Source: Balneolaceae bacterium
Lineage (GTDB): Bacteria > Bacteroidota > Rhodothermia > Balneolales > Balneolaceae
Assembly (NCBI GenBank): GCA_007132385.1
Contig: SLOU01000023.1
Location: forward strand, 1-55,145
Direction of reading: 5' to 3'
Length of the DNA: 55,145 bases
A program made the position numbers and the translations under genes. The notes under the pieces are model-generated. The model did not search any database, was not told the origin of the DNA, and was given only the letters and a program-made list of their open reading frames with translations. This document shows, one piece after another, positions 17,478 through 26,047 of the stretch; the first letter of the stretch is position 1; each line of letters opens with the position of its first letter.

Positions 17478-18998
17478 ATGACCTTCGAAAAACTGCCATA
17501 TTCTTTTCAAATCGGTACCGGATCCCAGAGCCGTGAAACCGATCGTCAAACGATTGAGGATTTTGGAATCGATGGGTTTACCCTGATGGAAACGGCGGGG
17601 TTGCAGGCAGCCGGATTAATCGCGAATCATTTTCCCGGTCGTTCTAACGGACTTTTTGTCTGTGGAAAAGGAAACAATGCCGGGGATGCACTTGTTGTGG
17701 CCCGGTATCTGTCGATTCATCACCGGCACCGCTGTCACATCGTATTTGTAAGCGGAGTTAATGAGTTGTCACCCGACGCGGAAAAGAATTACCAGTTGCT
17801 GAAAAAATTATCCGGTCAAACAAATGAAATTCACTTTTTATCTGCAATCGGTGAACTCGGCAAGAAGGATCTTTCAGGATTTGATTATGTGGTCGACGGC
17901 CTGCTCGGCACCGGCCTTACCACCGACCTGCGCACCCCGTTTGACCAGGCTGTCAAACTAATCAACAGACTGAATTGTACGGTATATACGATGGATATCC
18001 CAACCGGCCTTCATGCCGATAAAGGGATTCCCATGCCTGAAGCTGTCCGGGCGAACCACACACTGAGTTTTGGGATCAGGAAACTGGGATTCTATCTTGG
18101 CAGCGGTCCGGAATACACAGGGCAGATACATCCCTTTGACCTTTCCTTTCCGGCACATCTGCGAGAATACACCTGTTCCCTGCTTTCGCCCGAATCGGAC
18201 AGCTATTTACCCACCATTCATCGCAAAGCCCGTCATAAGTACGCAGACCGGGTTGTCTATATCATTGCCGGTTCTGAAGGATTGACAGGAGCCGCTATCA
18301 TGGCCTCGAGAAGCAGTTGGTCGTCGGGAGCAGGAGCCGTCATTCTGATTACACCCAAAGGCCTGCTGAACATCTACGAGCAAACACTTCCTGAAATAAT
18401 CAAGGCTCCGGTGGGATATGACTCCGATTTCCATTTTAAATCCGGTCACCTGGAATCTGTAACAGAAATCCTTTCCCAAAAACAGGGGGTTTTACTGATT
18501 GGGCCCGGGCTTGGCCGTAACCCGGATACGATCGCTTTTACGAAACAGTTATTGACATCCTTTAAAGGTACTGTCCTTATTGACGCAGATGCGTTGTATG
18601 CCCTGGAGGATAGTGGTAAGCCTGAAGAATCCGACTGGGTTCTAACCCCACATCCGGGGGAAGCTGCTGCTCTCAGGGGTAAACCGTTCACCGATGACTA
18701 TGAACGGATCAATTGGTCTGCTGAGTTCAGCATACAAAAAGGAATCACCCTGGTATCCAAGGGATCTCCCACGTTTATTGGAACCAAATCCGGTGAAAAC
18801 TATTTAACCGGCTATGATACTCAAATATTTTCGAGAGCCGGATTCGGAGATATCCTTGCCGGCTCGATTTCTGCATATATCGCTATCACGAATGATCCAT
18901 CCTGGAGTTCGGCCAGGGCTTTACTGGATGGCTATCGGAAAGCGACAGAGATTGAGAAGCGAACCGGGAAGCCCCTTAAACCAATTGACCTTTTATGA
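17478..18998 (+). CDS. nnr: Bifunctional NAD(P)H-hydrate repair enzyme Nnr (epimerase/dehydratase, YjeF family)
   Basis: YjeF_N pattern (GKGNNAGDALVVARYL) and a carbohydrate-kinase-like C-terminus (GPGLG, LTPHPGEAA, GDILAG). I prefer the ATG at 17478 (MTFEKLP) because the track start at 17427 overlaps the proS 3' end. Confidence 0.85.
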   Translation: MTFEKLPYSFQIGTGSQSRETDRQTIEDFGIDGFTLMETAGLQAAGLIANHFPGRSNGLFVCGKGNNAGDALVVARYLSIHHRHRCHIVFVSGVNELSPDAEKNYQLLKKLSGQTNEIHFLSAIGELGKKDLSGFDYVVDGLLGTGLTTDLRTPFDQAVKLINRLNCTVYTMDIPTGLHADKGIPMPEAVRANHTLSFGIRKLGFYLGSGPEYTGQIHPFDLSFPAHLREYTCSLLSPESDSYLPTIHRKARHKYADRVVYIIAGSEGLTGAAIMASRSSWSSGAGAVILITPKGLLNIYEQTLPEIIKAPVGYDSDFHFKSGHLESVTEILSQKQGVLLIGPGLGRNPDTIAFTKQLLTSFKGTVLIDADALYALEDSGKPEESDWVLTPHPGEAAALRGKPFTDDYERINWSAEFSIQKGITLVSKGSPTFIGTKSGENYLTGYDTQIFSRAGFGDILAGSISAYIAITNDPSWSSARALLDGYRKATEIEKRTGKPLKPIDLL

Positions 18999-19411
18999 TT
19001 GTCCAGTTAATTGATTTCCTTGAGAGACACAAATATCTGCTTTACCTGGCACTCAGTTTACTCACCATTGTAACGATTGCCCTGACTTTACTGCCTCCGG
19101 AGCATATTTCCAATCAACCTCTGTTCCAGTATGATAAACTTGGGCACGCTCTCATGTTTGGATCCTGGACATTTCTTCTCGGGTTGATTCAACTCGTATC
19201 AGACCGTAAGCCGTTACCCCTCTTTTATATTTTTATGGCCGGAAGCCTGTTCGGTATTACGATCGAAATCCTGCAAGAAGTTCTCCCGGTAGACCGCAAT
19301 ATGGATCCTTATGATGCCATTGCAGATGTTTCCGGATGCCTTGCAGCCATCATTTTTTTAAAAATTATTACATCTAGATTACCGACAAGGGCAAAAAAGA
19401 AGGAACAATAA
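18995..19411 (+). CDS. VanZ-like family membrane protein
   Basis: 138 aa with 4 TM and a DKLGHALMFG motif. Its start overlaps the nnr stop (ATGA at 18995-18998). Confidence 0.65.
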   Translation: MIVQLIDFLERHKYLLYLALSLLTIVTIALTLLPPEHISNQPLFQYDKLGHALMFGSWTFLLGLIQLVSDRKPLPLFYIFMAGSLFGITIEILQEVLPVDRNMDPYDAIADVSGCLAAIIFLKIITSRLPTRAKKKEQ

Positions 19412-19535
19412 CATCTTTTTTCCTGTTAGAATATATGTATGTCAGCAACTTGAATATTTAGTTCAATTTTCTGAAATTTAAGCGCTGCTTAATTAGATTT
19501 TAATTTCAATGCAATTTCAAGGAGAACGATCTCTT

Positions 19536-20192
19536 ATGACTACCAGAAAGAAACCTGAAGCGGATTTACGCAAATATCATACGGTTTTTCTGCAAATCGG
19601 TCTTTTGGCAACACTGGTGATATTTATTGTTGCCGTTAATGTCGACTGGCGAGGTGGAGAAACTGAAGAGTATGTGATGGATGAACAAGAAGTAATAGAG
19701 ATGGAAGAAATCATCCAGACAGAGCACATCGAAACACCACCCCCGCCACCAAGGCCTCCTGTTCCACAGGAAGTTCCTGATGACGAAATTATCGATGATG
19801 ATGTCGATATGAGTATGTTTGACCAGGACGGTTTTGGTGATGAAATGTCTATGCCACCACCCCCTGAAGAAGAAGAGGAAGAAGAGGAAGATTTCTTTAC
19901 GGTGGTAGAACAGATGCCTGAGCTGATTGGTGGACTTCAAGAGCTTCAAGCAGGTATTAATTACCCTGAACAAGCTCGAAGAGCAGGAATTGAAGGACGT
20001 GTTTATGTCCAGTTCATTGTAAACGAGCAAGGTGAAGTCGAAAATCCCCAGGTTATCCGCGGGATTGGAGGAGGTTGTGATGAAGAAGCGGTACGCGCTG
20101 TACAAAACGCTGAATTCCGTCCTGGAATGCAGCGAGGACGGCCGGTACGTGTTCAGTACAGTTTGCCCATTGTTTTCAGGCTCCAAAACTAA
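19536..20192 (+). CDS. TonB-family energy transducer (paralog 1)
   Basis: N-terminal anchor, a Pro-rich spacer (ETPPPPPRPPVPQEVP), an acidic run, and a TonB_C domain (YPEQARRAGIEGRVYVQFIVNEQGEV..IRGIGGGCDEEAVRAV). I prefer the ATG at 19536 by comparison with paralog 2; the track start is 19509. Confidence 0.85.
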   Translation: MTTRKKPEADLRKYHTVFLQIGLLATLVIFIVAVNVDWRGGETEEYVMDEQEVIEMEEIIQTEHIETPPPPPRPPVPQEVPDDEIIDDDVDMSMFDQDGFGDEMSMPPPPEEEEEEEEDFFTVVEQMPELIGGLQELQAGINYPEQARRAGIEGRVYVQFIVNEQGEVENPQVIRGIGGGCDEEAVRAVQNAEFRPGMQRGRPVRVQYSLPIVFRLQN

Positions 20193-20224
20193 ATTACAAA
20201 GTTTTAAAACTAAACTGAATGTAA

Positions 20225-20256
20225 AGCGTGGTCGTTACTGGCCACGCTTTTTTTAT
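20225..20256 (+). terminator. Rho-independent terminator after TonB paralog 1
   Basis: 9-bp stem agcgtggtc / ggccacgct (one G-U) with a 6-nt loop, followed by tttttttatttt. Confidence 0.8.
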
Positions 20257-20373
20257 TTTATTTTAATTCATTTCGCAAAAAAATAATAAATCAAGTAAAG
20301 CATTCGTTTGGCATCTTACCGATAAATAGAGTATAATTATGTCGGTCTACCCTTAACGAAGCTTTTTAGCGAA

Positions 20374-21030
20374 ATGAAAAAAAGAAAAAATCCGGAAGCA
20401 GATCTTCGTTCATACTATACAGTATTTATGCAGATCGGACTTCTTTTAACGTTGGTAATATTCATCATTGCCGTAAATGTTGACTTTAGGAGCGGCCCTA
20501 TTCAAGAGTATGTGCTGGATGAGCAGGAAGTTATTGAGATGGAGGAGATCATTCAAACACAACATATTGAAACACCACCGCCACCCCCTCGTCCACCCGT
20601 GCCCATAGAGGTACCTAATGACGAGATTATTGAAGATATTGACTTCCAGATCGATGCTGAGCTCTCATTGGGCAATCCTCTGGATCTACCACCTCCTCCA
20701 CCAGATCAAGATGATGAACCTGAAGAGGATTTCTTTGTGGTTGTAGAGCAGATGCCGGAATTGATTGGCGGACTTGCGGAGCTTCAAAGCAGAATCCGCT
20801 ATCCGGAAATGGCCCGACGTGCCGGAATTGAAGGCCGTGTTTACGTCCAGTTCATTGTGAACGAACAAGGTGAAGTCGAAAATCCCCAGGTTATCCGCGG
20901 GATTGGAGGAGGTTGCGATGAAGAGGCAATCAGGGCTGTTCAAACTGCCCAGTTCAGACCAGGAATGCAACGAGGACGGCCTGTTCGTGTACAATACAGC
21001 CTTCCGATCGTATTCAGATTACAGAACTAG
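20374..21030 (+). CDS. TonB-family energy transducer (paralog 2)
   Basis: 218 aa, collinear with paralog 1 (MKKRKNPEADLRSYYTVFMQIGLL.., ETPPPPPRPPVPIEVP, identical C-terminal block GIEGRVYVQFIVNEQGEVENPQVIRGIGGGCDEEA). Confidence 0.88.
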   Translation: MKKRKNPEADLRSYYTVFMQIGLLLTLVIFIIAVNVDFRSGPIQEYVLDEQEVIEMEEIIQTQHIETPPPPPRPPVPIEVPNDEIIEDIDFQIDAELSLGNPLDLPPPPPDQDDEPEEDFFVVVEQMPELIGGLAELQSRIRYPEMARRAGIEGRVYVQFIVNEQGEVENPQVIRGIGGGCDEEAIRAVQTAQFRPGMQRGRPVRVQYSLPIVFRLQN

Positions 21031-21204
21031 AACTGAGGCATCTGAACGAACAAAACAAAGACTTTTTGTTACTGCAGCATGATCCGCTTGCTTATCTCCA
21101 ATAACAGGAATGGTAAGCAGGGATCAGGGTAACGTAGAGATTACAAGCAAATATCTAATCCGTGTGGATCGGTCAATTTCCAAATGACTTCTGCACGGAT
21201 TTTT

Positions 21205-21654
21205 TTATAACATTTTATTTCCAAAGTCTTCTAAAACATCCTGAAGGTTCGGGAAACCAACGAGTTTCTTTGCCTGTCCCAATGTACACCACTCCAACTC
21301 TTCAATCTGTTCTTCCTTTTGAGGCTGCAATCCCGACTCATTATCCATGATTTTCATGGCAAACCAACGGGTAGTCTTGCCATAATTTATTTCGTTCTGG
21401 CGATACTCATGGTAGGTATCAATCAGTTGCTTGCTCAATTCCACTTCTGATGCCCCGATTTCTTCCATCACTTCTCTGACCGCACATTCGTTAAATGTTT
21501 CATGATCCTCTTTTTTCCCTTTCGGAAGATCCCATATTCCCCGCCTGAAGATCAGTAAAACCTCTGTTTTCCCATGATTGTATCGAAAGGGTACTCCTCC
21601 TCCGGCTTTAATCTTCTGAACTTTCATCTCCGTTTTTTTCTTTTTCCGGCCCAT
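21205..21654 (-). CDS. NUDIX hydrolase
   Basis: 149 aa with a Nudix box GKKEDHETFNECAVREVMEEIG. The start is either 21654 or the ATG at 21627, and both overlap the upstream gene. Confidence 0.8.
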   Translation of the reverse strand: MGRKKKKTEMKVQKIKAGGGVPFRYNHGKTEVLLIFRRGIWDLPKGKKEDHETFNECAVREVMEEIGASEVELSKQLIDTYHEYRQNEINYGKTTRWFAMKIMDNESGLQPQKEEQIEELEWCTLGQAKKLVGFPNLQDVLEDFGNKML

Positions 21655-21961
21655 TGTTTACCTCCCCTTCACCCATTTCTTTTTCATCTGCATAATTAAG
21701 GCGCAAATTGGTCAGCGTCTGGGTCATATATTCTTTAAGTTCTTTCGGTAAATTGCCGTCGGTGTACTTCTGCAACATATTTAACGTATCTATTGCAAAT
21801 TTTGCCGATTTCAGATCCCTTTCCACCTGATCTGTAGCCGGATTTTTAATTTTGCCCATTCCCATCATGGCTATTTGCTGGTGTTGTTGAATGAGCATTA
21901 CAAACAACAGCTGTTCCTGCTGATCCTTGTTAAGTTTGTCTCCGTTATTCGGTACTTTCAT
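21608..21961 (-). CDS. DUF1844-like protein
   Basis: 117 aa. The pattern LLFVMLIQQHQQIAMMGMGKIKNPATDQVERDLKSAKFAIDTLNMLQKYTDGNL..LTNLRLNY matches my recollection of DUF1844, and the tail is acidic. Confidence 0.55.
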   Translation of the reverse strand: MKVPNNGDKLNKDQQEQLLFVMLIQQHQQIAMMGMGKIKNPATDQVERDLKSAKFAIDTLNMLQKYTDGNLPKELKEYMTQTLTNLRLNYADEKEMGEGEVNNGPEKEKNGDESSED

Positions 21962-22152
21962 ATCTGTTCTTGCCTTTTGGTTTTTGCATTTTTAAATGAC
22001 TGAATAAATCCATTCGGAAAATTATAAATCGTTGTTTTTTATAAGATAACAGGCTCTATTATTTTTTTTATGCAAATTAGGGATTAAACCTGAGATAGAA
22101 TTAAAGAATCCGTATTATTTAGCGCAATTAAAAATAACAAAAAGCGGACTTC

Positions 22153-23364
22153 ATGGCTATTATTCACCCTTTTAAAGGCTGGTTGCCAAAACCAGATAAA
22201 GCTTCTGAGATATCGTGTGTTCCCTATGACGTCATTAATACTAAAGAAGCCCTACAAATGGCACAAGGGAAACCCGAAAGTTTTTTACATGTGATCCGGC
22301 CGGAAATCGATCTGCCGGCTGGAACTCCATTTAATGCTGACGAGGTATACGAAAAGGGAGCGGAAAACCTGCGTAATCTGTTGGAAAGCGAGAGTATGCT
22401 CCAGGACGAGAATCAGAGTTTTTATATCTATCAGCTTGAAACTAAAGATCGTAAACAAACCGGGATATTCACCTGTGTATCCGTTGAGGATTATGACAAC
22501 GATGTAATTCTGAAACATGAATTAACCCGCCCGGACAAAGAAGACGACCGAACCCGTCATATCTTGACACAATCGGCTCATGCGGAACCGGTGATGCTGA
22601 CATTCCGGGATACAACTGATGTTTCTTCACTCATGGAAAAAGAAATGATCACCTCTCCTCCGTTTATTGAGTTCCAATCGGACGATGGGGTGTGGCACAG
22701 AATATGGAAAATGGAGGCTAAAGCCGATCTGTCTGAAGCTTTCTCTGAGATTCCGAAATTATATGTGGCTGACGGACATCACCGCTGTAAAAGCGCCTCA
22801 AGGGCAGCGGAAGAGCTGAGGGAAAAGCATTCCACTCACCCCGGAGAAGCTGAATTTGAGTACTTTCCTGCCGTTCTTTTCCCTATCGATCAGATGAAAA
22901 TTTTACCCTATAACAGAGTCATTAAATCGATCAGCGAGAATCAGTTCAACCAGCTGAAAAAGCAATTTACTTTATCAGAAGGTGCTAATGCCACTCCAGC
23001 AAAAAAGGGGGATGTTTCGATATATTATGCCGGTCATTGGTATGGGATGACCCTGCCACAACCGAAGAAAAAAGATGCTGTTTCAAGTCTCGATGCATCC
23101 AGGCTTCAAAACAGTATACTTTCACCGATCTTTGACATCAAAAATCCGAGGACCGATGCCAATATCGATTTTGTTGGCGGAATCCGCGGTACATCCGAAC
23201 TCGAAAAAAGAGTTGACCAGGGAGATGTTGACCTGGCTTTCAGCATGTACCCGACTTCCATTGAAGAGCTAGTACATGTCTCGGATGAAGGACTTCTGAT
23301 GCCTCCAAAATCTACCTGGTTTGAACCCAAGTTACGATCAGGACTTATCATTCATACTTTTTAA
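22153..23364 (+). CDS. DUF1015 domain-containing protein
   Basis: 403 aa. The N-terminus MAIIHPFKGW...VPYDVI and an internal YVADGHHR are typical of DUF1015 (from memory, not searched). Confidence 0.6.
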   Translation: MAIIHPFKGWLPKPDKASEISCVPYDVINTKEALQMAQGKPESFLHVIRPEIDLPAGTPFNADEVYEKGAENLRNLLESESMLQDENQSFYIYQLETKDRKQTGIFTCVSVEDYDNDVILKHELTRPDKEDDRTRHILTQSAHAEPVMLTFRDTTDVSSLMEKEMITSPPFIEFQSDDGVWHRIWKMEAKADLSEAFSEIPKLYVADGHHRCKSASRAAEELREKHSTHPGEAEFEYFPAVLFPIDQMKILPYNRVIKSISENQFNQLKKQFTLSEGANATPAKKGDVSIYYAGHWYGMTLPQPKKKDAVSSLDASRLQNSILSPIFDIKNPRTDANIDFVGGIRGTSELEKRVDQGDVDLAFSMYPTSIEELVHVSDEGLLMPPKSTWFEPKLRSGLIIHTF

Positions 23365-23380
23365 CTTAGTCTGAGAAAAC

Positions 23381-24460
23381 ATGAAACGCGTTCACAATTT
23401 CAGCGCCGGACCTGCTGCACTGCCGGCCGAAGTACTCAAAAAAGTGCAAACCGAATTACTGGATTATAAGGGCAAAGGTCGATCTATCATGGAAATGAGC
23501 CATCGTAGCCCGGAATACTCTGAAATACACGAACAAGCCGGTGAAAAGCTGAAAAAGCTATTAAATGCCGGCGAGGGGTGGAATGTGCTGTTTCTAACCG
23601 GCGGGGCGAGTACCCAATTCATGATGATTCCAATGAATGTACTTAACAAAGAAAGAACCGCCGATTATATCAATACCGGGTCCTGGTCGACCAAAGCTAT
23701 CAAGGAAGCAAAATATTTTGGAAATGTGCATGTCCCTTATTCCAGTGAAGATCTCAATTTCACGCGGGTTCCGACAGATAACGACCTTAATCTTTCCGAT
23801 CATGCCACTTATCTCCATTTTACTTCCAACAACACAATCTTTGGCACCCAATTTCCCAAAGAACCTGCAAGTAACGGAGCTCCATTGGTATGTGATGCAT
23901 CATCCGATTTCCTTTCCCGACCGGTAGATCTGGACCGGTATGGGGTGATCTATGCCGGAGCCCAAAAAAACCTGGGGCCTGCAGGGGTAACCATTGTGAT
24001 GATTCATGACAGGTTCCTGGAAAACGTACTTCCCGATCCAAAACCCACAATTCTGAAGTACCAGACTCACCTGGAAAAAATGTTCAACACCCCTCCGGTG
24101 TTTGCAGTCTATACCGTGAATTATGTACTCGATTGGATTAGTGAAAAAGGAGGAGTCAATGCTTTTGCTGAAATCAATGAAGAAAAAGCTTCCCTGTTAT
24201 ATAATGAAATAGACAGGGATGAATTTTACAGGGGAACCGCTGAAAAAGCTTCCCGATCGCGTATGAATGTAACCTTTCGTCTTTCCAGTGAAGAGCTGGA
24301 AGCTGAATTCCTGAAAGAAGCTGCAGATGAAGACCTGGTGACATTGAAAGGACACCGAAGCGTAGGCGGTATTCGAGCCAGTATCTACAACGCATGTGAC
24401 ATGGAGAGCGTCCAGACTCTCGTCAGCTTTATGAACGATTTCCGCGATCGTAAAGGGTGA
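23381..24460 (+). CDS. serC: 3-phosphoserine/phosphohydroxythreonine aminotransferase
   Basis: 359 aa: HNFSAGPAALPAEVL, MEMSHRSPEY, AGAQKNLGPAGVTIV, GGIRASIYNA. Confidence 0.92.
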   Translation: MKRVHNFSAGPAALPAEVLKKVQTELLDYKGKGRSIMEMSHRSPEYSEIHEQAGEKLKKLLNAGEGWNVLFLTGGASTQFMMIPMNVLNKERTADYINTGSWSTKAIKEAKYFGNVHVPYSSEDLNFTRVPTDNDLNLSDHATYLHFTSNNTIFGTQFPKEPASNGAPLVCDASSDFLSRPVDLDRYGVIYAGAQKNLGPAGVTIVMIHDRFLENVLPDPKPTILKYQTHLEKMFNTPPVFAVYTVNYVLDWISEKGGVNAFAEINEEKASLLYNEIDRDEFYRGTAEKASRSRMNVTFRLSSEELEAEFLKEAADEDLVTLKGHRSVGGIRASIYNACDMESVQTLVSFMNDFRDRKG

Positions 24461-24485
24461 ATTTTAGCATCGTATAAAACTAAAT

Positions 24486-24523
24486 AAAGCCTTTGGCACC
24501 AAGTCGCCGAAGGCTTTATTTTT
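24486..24523. terminator. Hairpin terminator between convergent serC and the rhomboid gene
   Basis: 12-bp stem aaagcctttggc / gccgaaggcttt (one G-U) with an 8-nt loop, followed by atttttc on plus and flanked by an A/T run on the other side. Confidence 0.75.
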
Positions 24524-24542
24524 CTCTTCGCAATAAGCAGCT

Positions 24543-25148
24543 TTACAATAACCCGAAAATTGTGAGTATATGATCCAGGCTATTCGGTACAAAAAAGATC
24601 ATATAGATCACTCCCCATAACGAACCGGCTATATGCGCTTCGTGATTGATTTTACCCCTTCTCCGGTTACTTTCATAGATACTGTAACCAAGATACAGCA
24701 TAGCAAACAACCAGGCGGGAATCGCCACCGGAAAAAAAATCAGATATAGATTCTCCGTGGGAAAAATAAATATAAATGCAAACAGAACACTTCCAACCGC
24801 TCCTGAAGCACCAATGGTAGCATAAGTCGGATCATCCCGAAATTTGACAAGTGTGGGCAGTGAAGAGATCAAAATCCCGCTCAGATAAACCGTTACCATG
24901 TGAACCGGCCCGAGTGTACGTTCCAGTTCCATACCAAAAAAGAACAGTACAAACATATTAACCAATAAATGAGGAAAGTTGGCATGCAAAAAGCCGGATG
25001 TCATCAATTCATGCCAGCTCTTCTTTCTCAGAGTGCGGTAAGGACGCAACATCCCCCAATCCTGCAGTCGCGGAGTTAGATAAAGAGCCATTAGTGAAAT
25101 AACCGAAGTCAGTGCAATGATTATCAGGGTAACCGTCATAGCACACAA
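24543..25148 (-). CDS. Rhomboid-family intramembrane serine protease
   Basis: 201 aa with 6 TM, HANFPHLLVNMFVLFFFG, the catalytic GASGAVGSVLFA, and a downstream His (NHEAHIAGSLWG). Confidence 0.85.
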   Translation of the reverse strand: MCAMTVTLIIIALTSVISLMALYLTPRLQDWGMLRPYRTLRKKSWHELMTSGFLHANFPHLLVNMFVLFFFGMELERTLGPVHMVTVYLSGILISSLPTLVKFRDDPTYATIGASGAVGSVLFAFIFIFPTENLYLIFFPVAIPAWLFAMLYLGYSIYESNRRRGKINHEAHIAGSLWGVIYMIFFVPNSLDHILTIFGLL

Positions 25149-25222
25149 AGATAGAGAATGATGTTGAAATAAAAAGTGATTGATTCGGCAAACTCATATT
25201 GGCTATATTTAAAACTGCACAT

Positions 25223-25294
25223 GCCGAAGTAGCTCAGGGGTAGAGCAACGCTCTCGTAAAGCGTAGGCCGGCGGTTCGAATCCGCTCTTCGGCT
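25223..25294 (+). tRNA. tRNA-Thr (CGU anticodon)
   Basis: GCCGAAG TA GCTC AGGGGTA GAGC A ACGCT CTCGTAA AGCGT AGGCC GGCGG TTCGAAT CCGCT CTTCGGC T folds into a canonical cloverleaf. CCA is not encoded. Confidence 0.9.
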
Positions 25295-25440
25295 CAACCG
25301 AAAAATCAACCTGAAACAGGTATAAAGCCCGATTATTGGGGAATGTATTTATTAGAATACCCTAATTAAAATTATTCTGTTAAATGCGATAATTTGATTC
25401 AATAGGGTCATTAATTACGACATCAAATGCATTAACCCTT

Positions 25441-25941
25441 ATGAAGATTATTATGGGAGGAAAAAGTATCATTACAGGTTTGATTATCACATTGGGACTG
25501 CTTGTATACATTCCTTTTTCCGATTTTAGCATTGGTAGCCAGGAGAGGTCTGGCTTTGGTGAAGGGATTACCGAAACTTCAGCACAGGATCATGCTGAAA
25601 AAGTGAAGTCAGTGGTTTCATCCGATGCCGTTGAGCATATGGAAGCGGATCATCCTTACCTGAATACAATTAACTGGATGATTCTTCAACCCAGGGATTT
25701 GTCATCTGTCAATGTAACAACGACGGCAAAATCGCAAGCAAACGAAGTTTATTTTACTTATCAGTGTGGCGATGAGGAAATAAATTCCAAATCGATTCCG
25801 GCCGAGGGTGTTGTTGAGAATGCTGTTGAATGGGATTGCAAAGAACTGATGACCACGCATATCAAAGCAGTAGGTGATGACACTACTTATGCTTCTTATT
25901 ATACCATTGATATGGAATTTATCAATAACCTGGGGTTCTGA
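25441..25941 (+). CDS. Hypothetical membrane-anchored/secreted protein (no recognisable family)
   Basis: 166 aa with an N-terminal hydrophobic anchor (IITGLIITLGLLVYIPF), a polar remainder and two Cys. No motif that I recognise. Confidence 0.4.
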   Translation: MKIIMGGKSIITGLIITLGLLVYIPFSDFSIGSQERSGFGEGITETSAQDHAEKVKSVVSSDAVEHMEADHPYLNTINWMILQPRDLSSVNVTTTAKSQANEVYFTYQCGDEEINSKSIPAEGVVENAVEWDCKELMTTHIKAVGDDTTYASYYTIDMEFINNLGF

Positions 25942-26047
25942 CAATACTGCTATACATACACGTTAACGCTTTTTTTGTCTGATCATCGCTTTTTTTCTTA
26001 TTATTCAGATCCATCTAACACCATTTGCACCTTAAAAAAACTATGTA

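Noticed and set aside
19566-20186. 206-aa ORF antisense to TonB paralog 1 (and a 102-aa ORF at 20686-20994 opposite paralog 2)
   Set aside because: These are shadow ORFs created by the Pro/Glu-rich and conserved TonB_C coding frame. The two antisense ORFs differ greatly in length between paralogs, which argues against selection.
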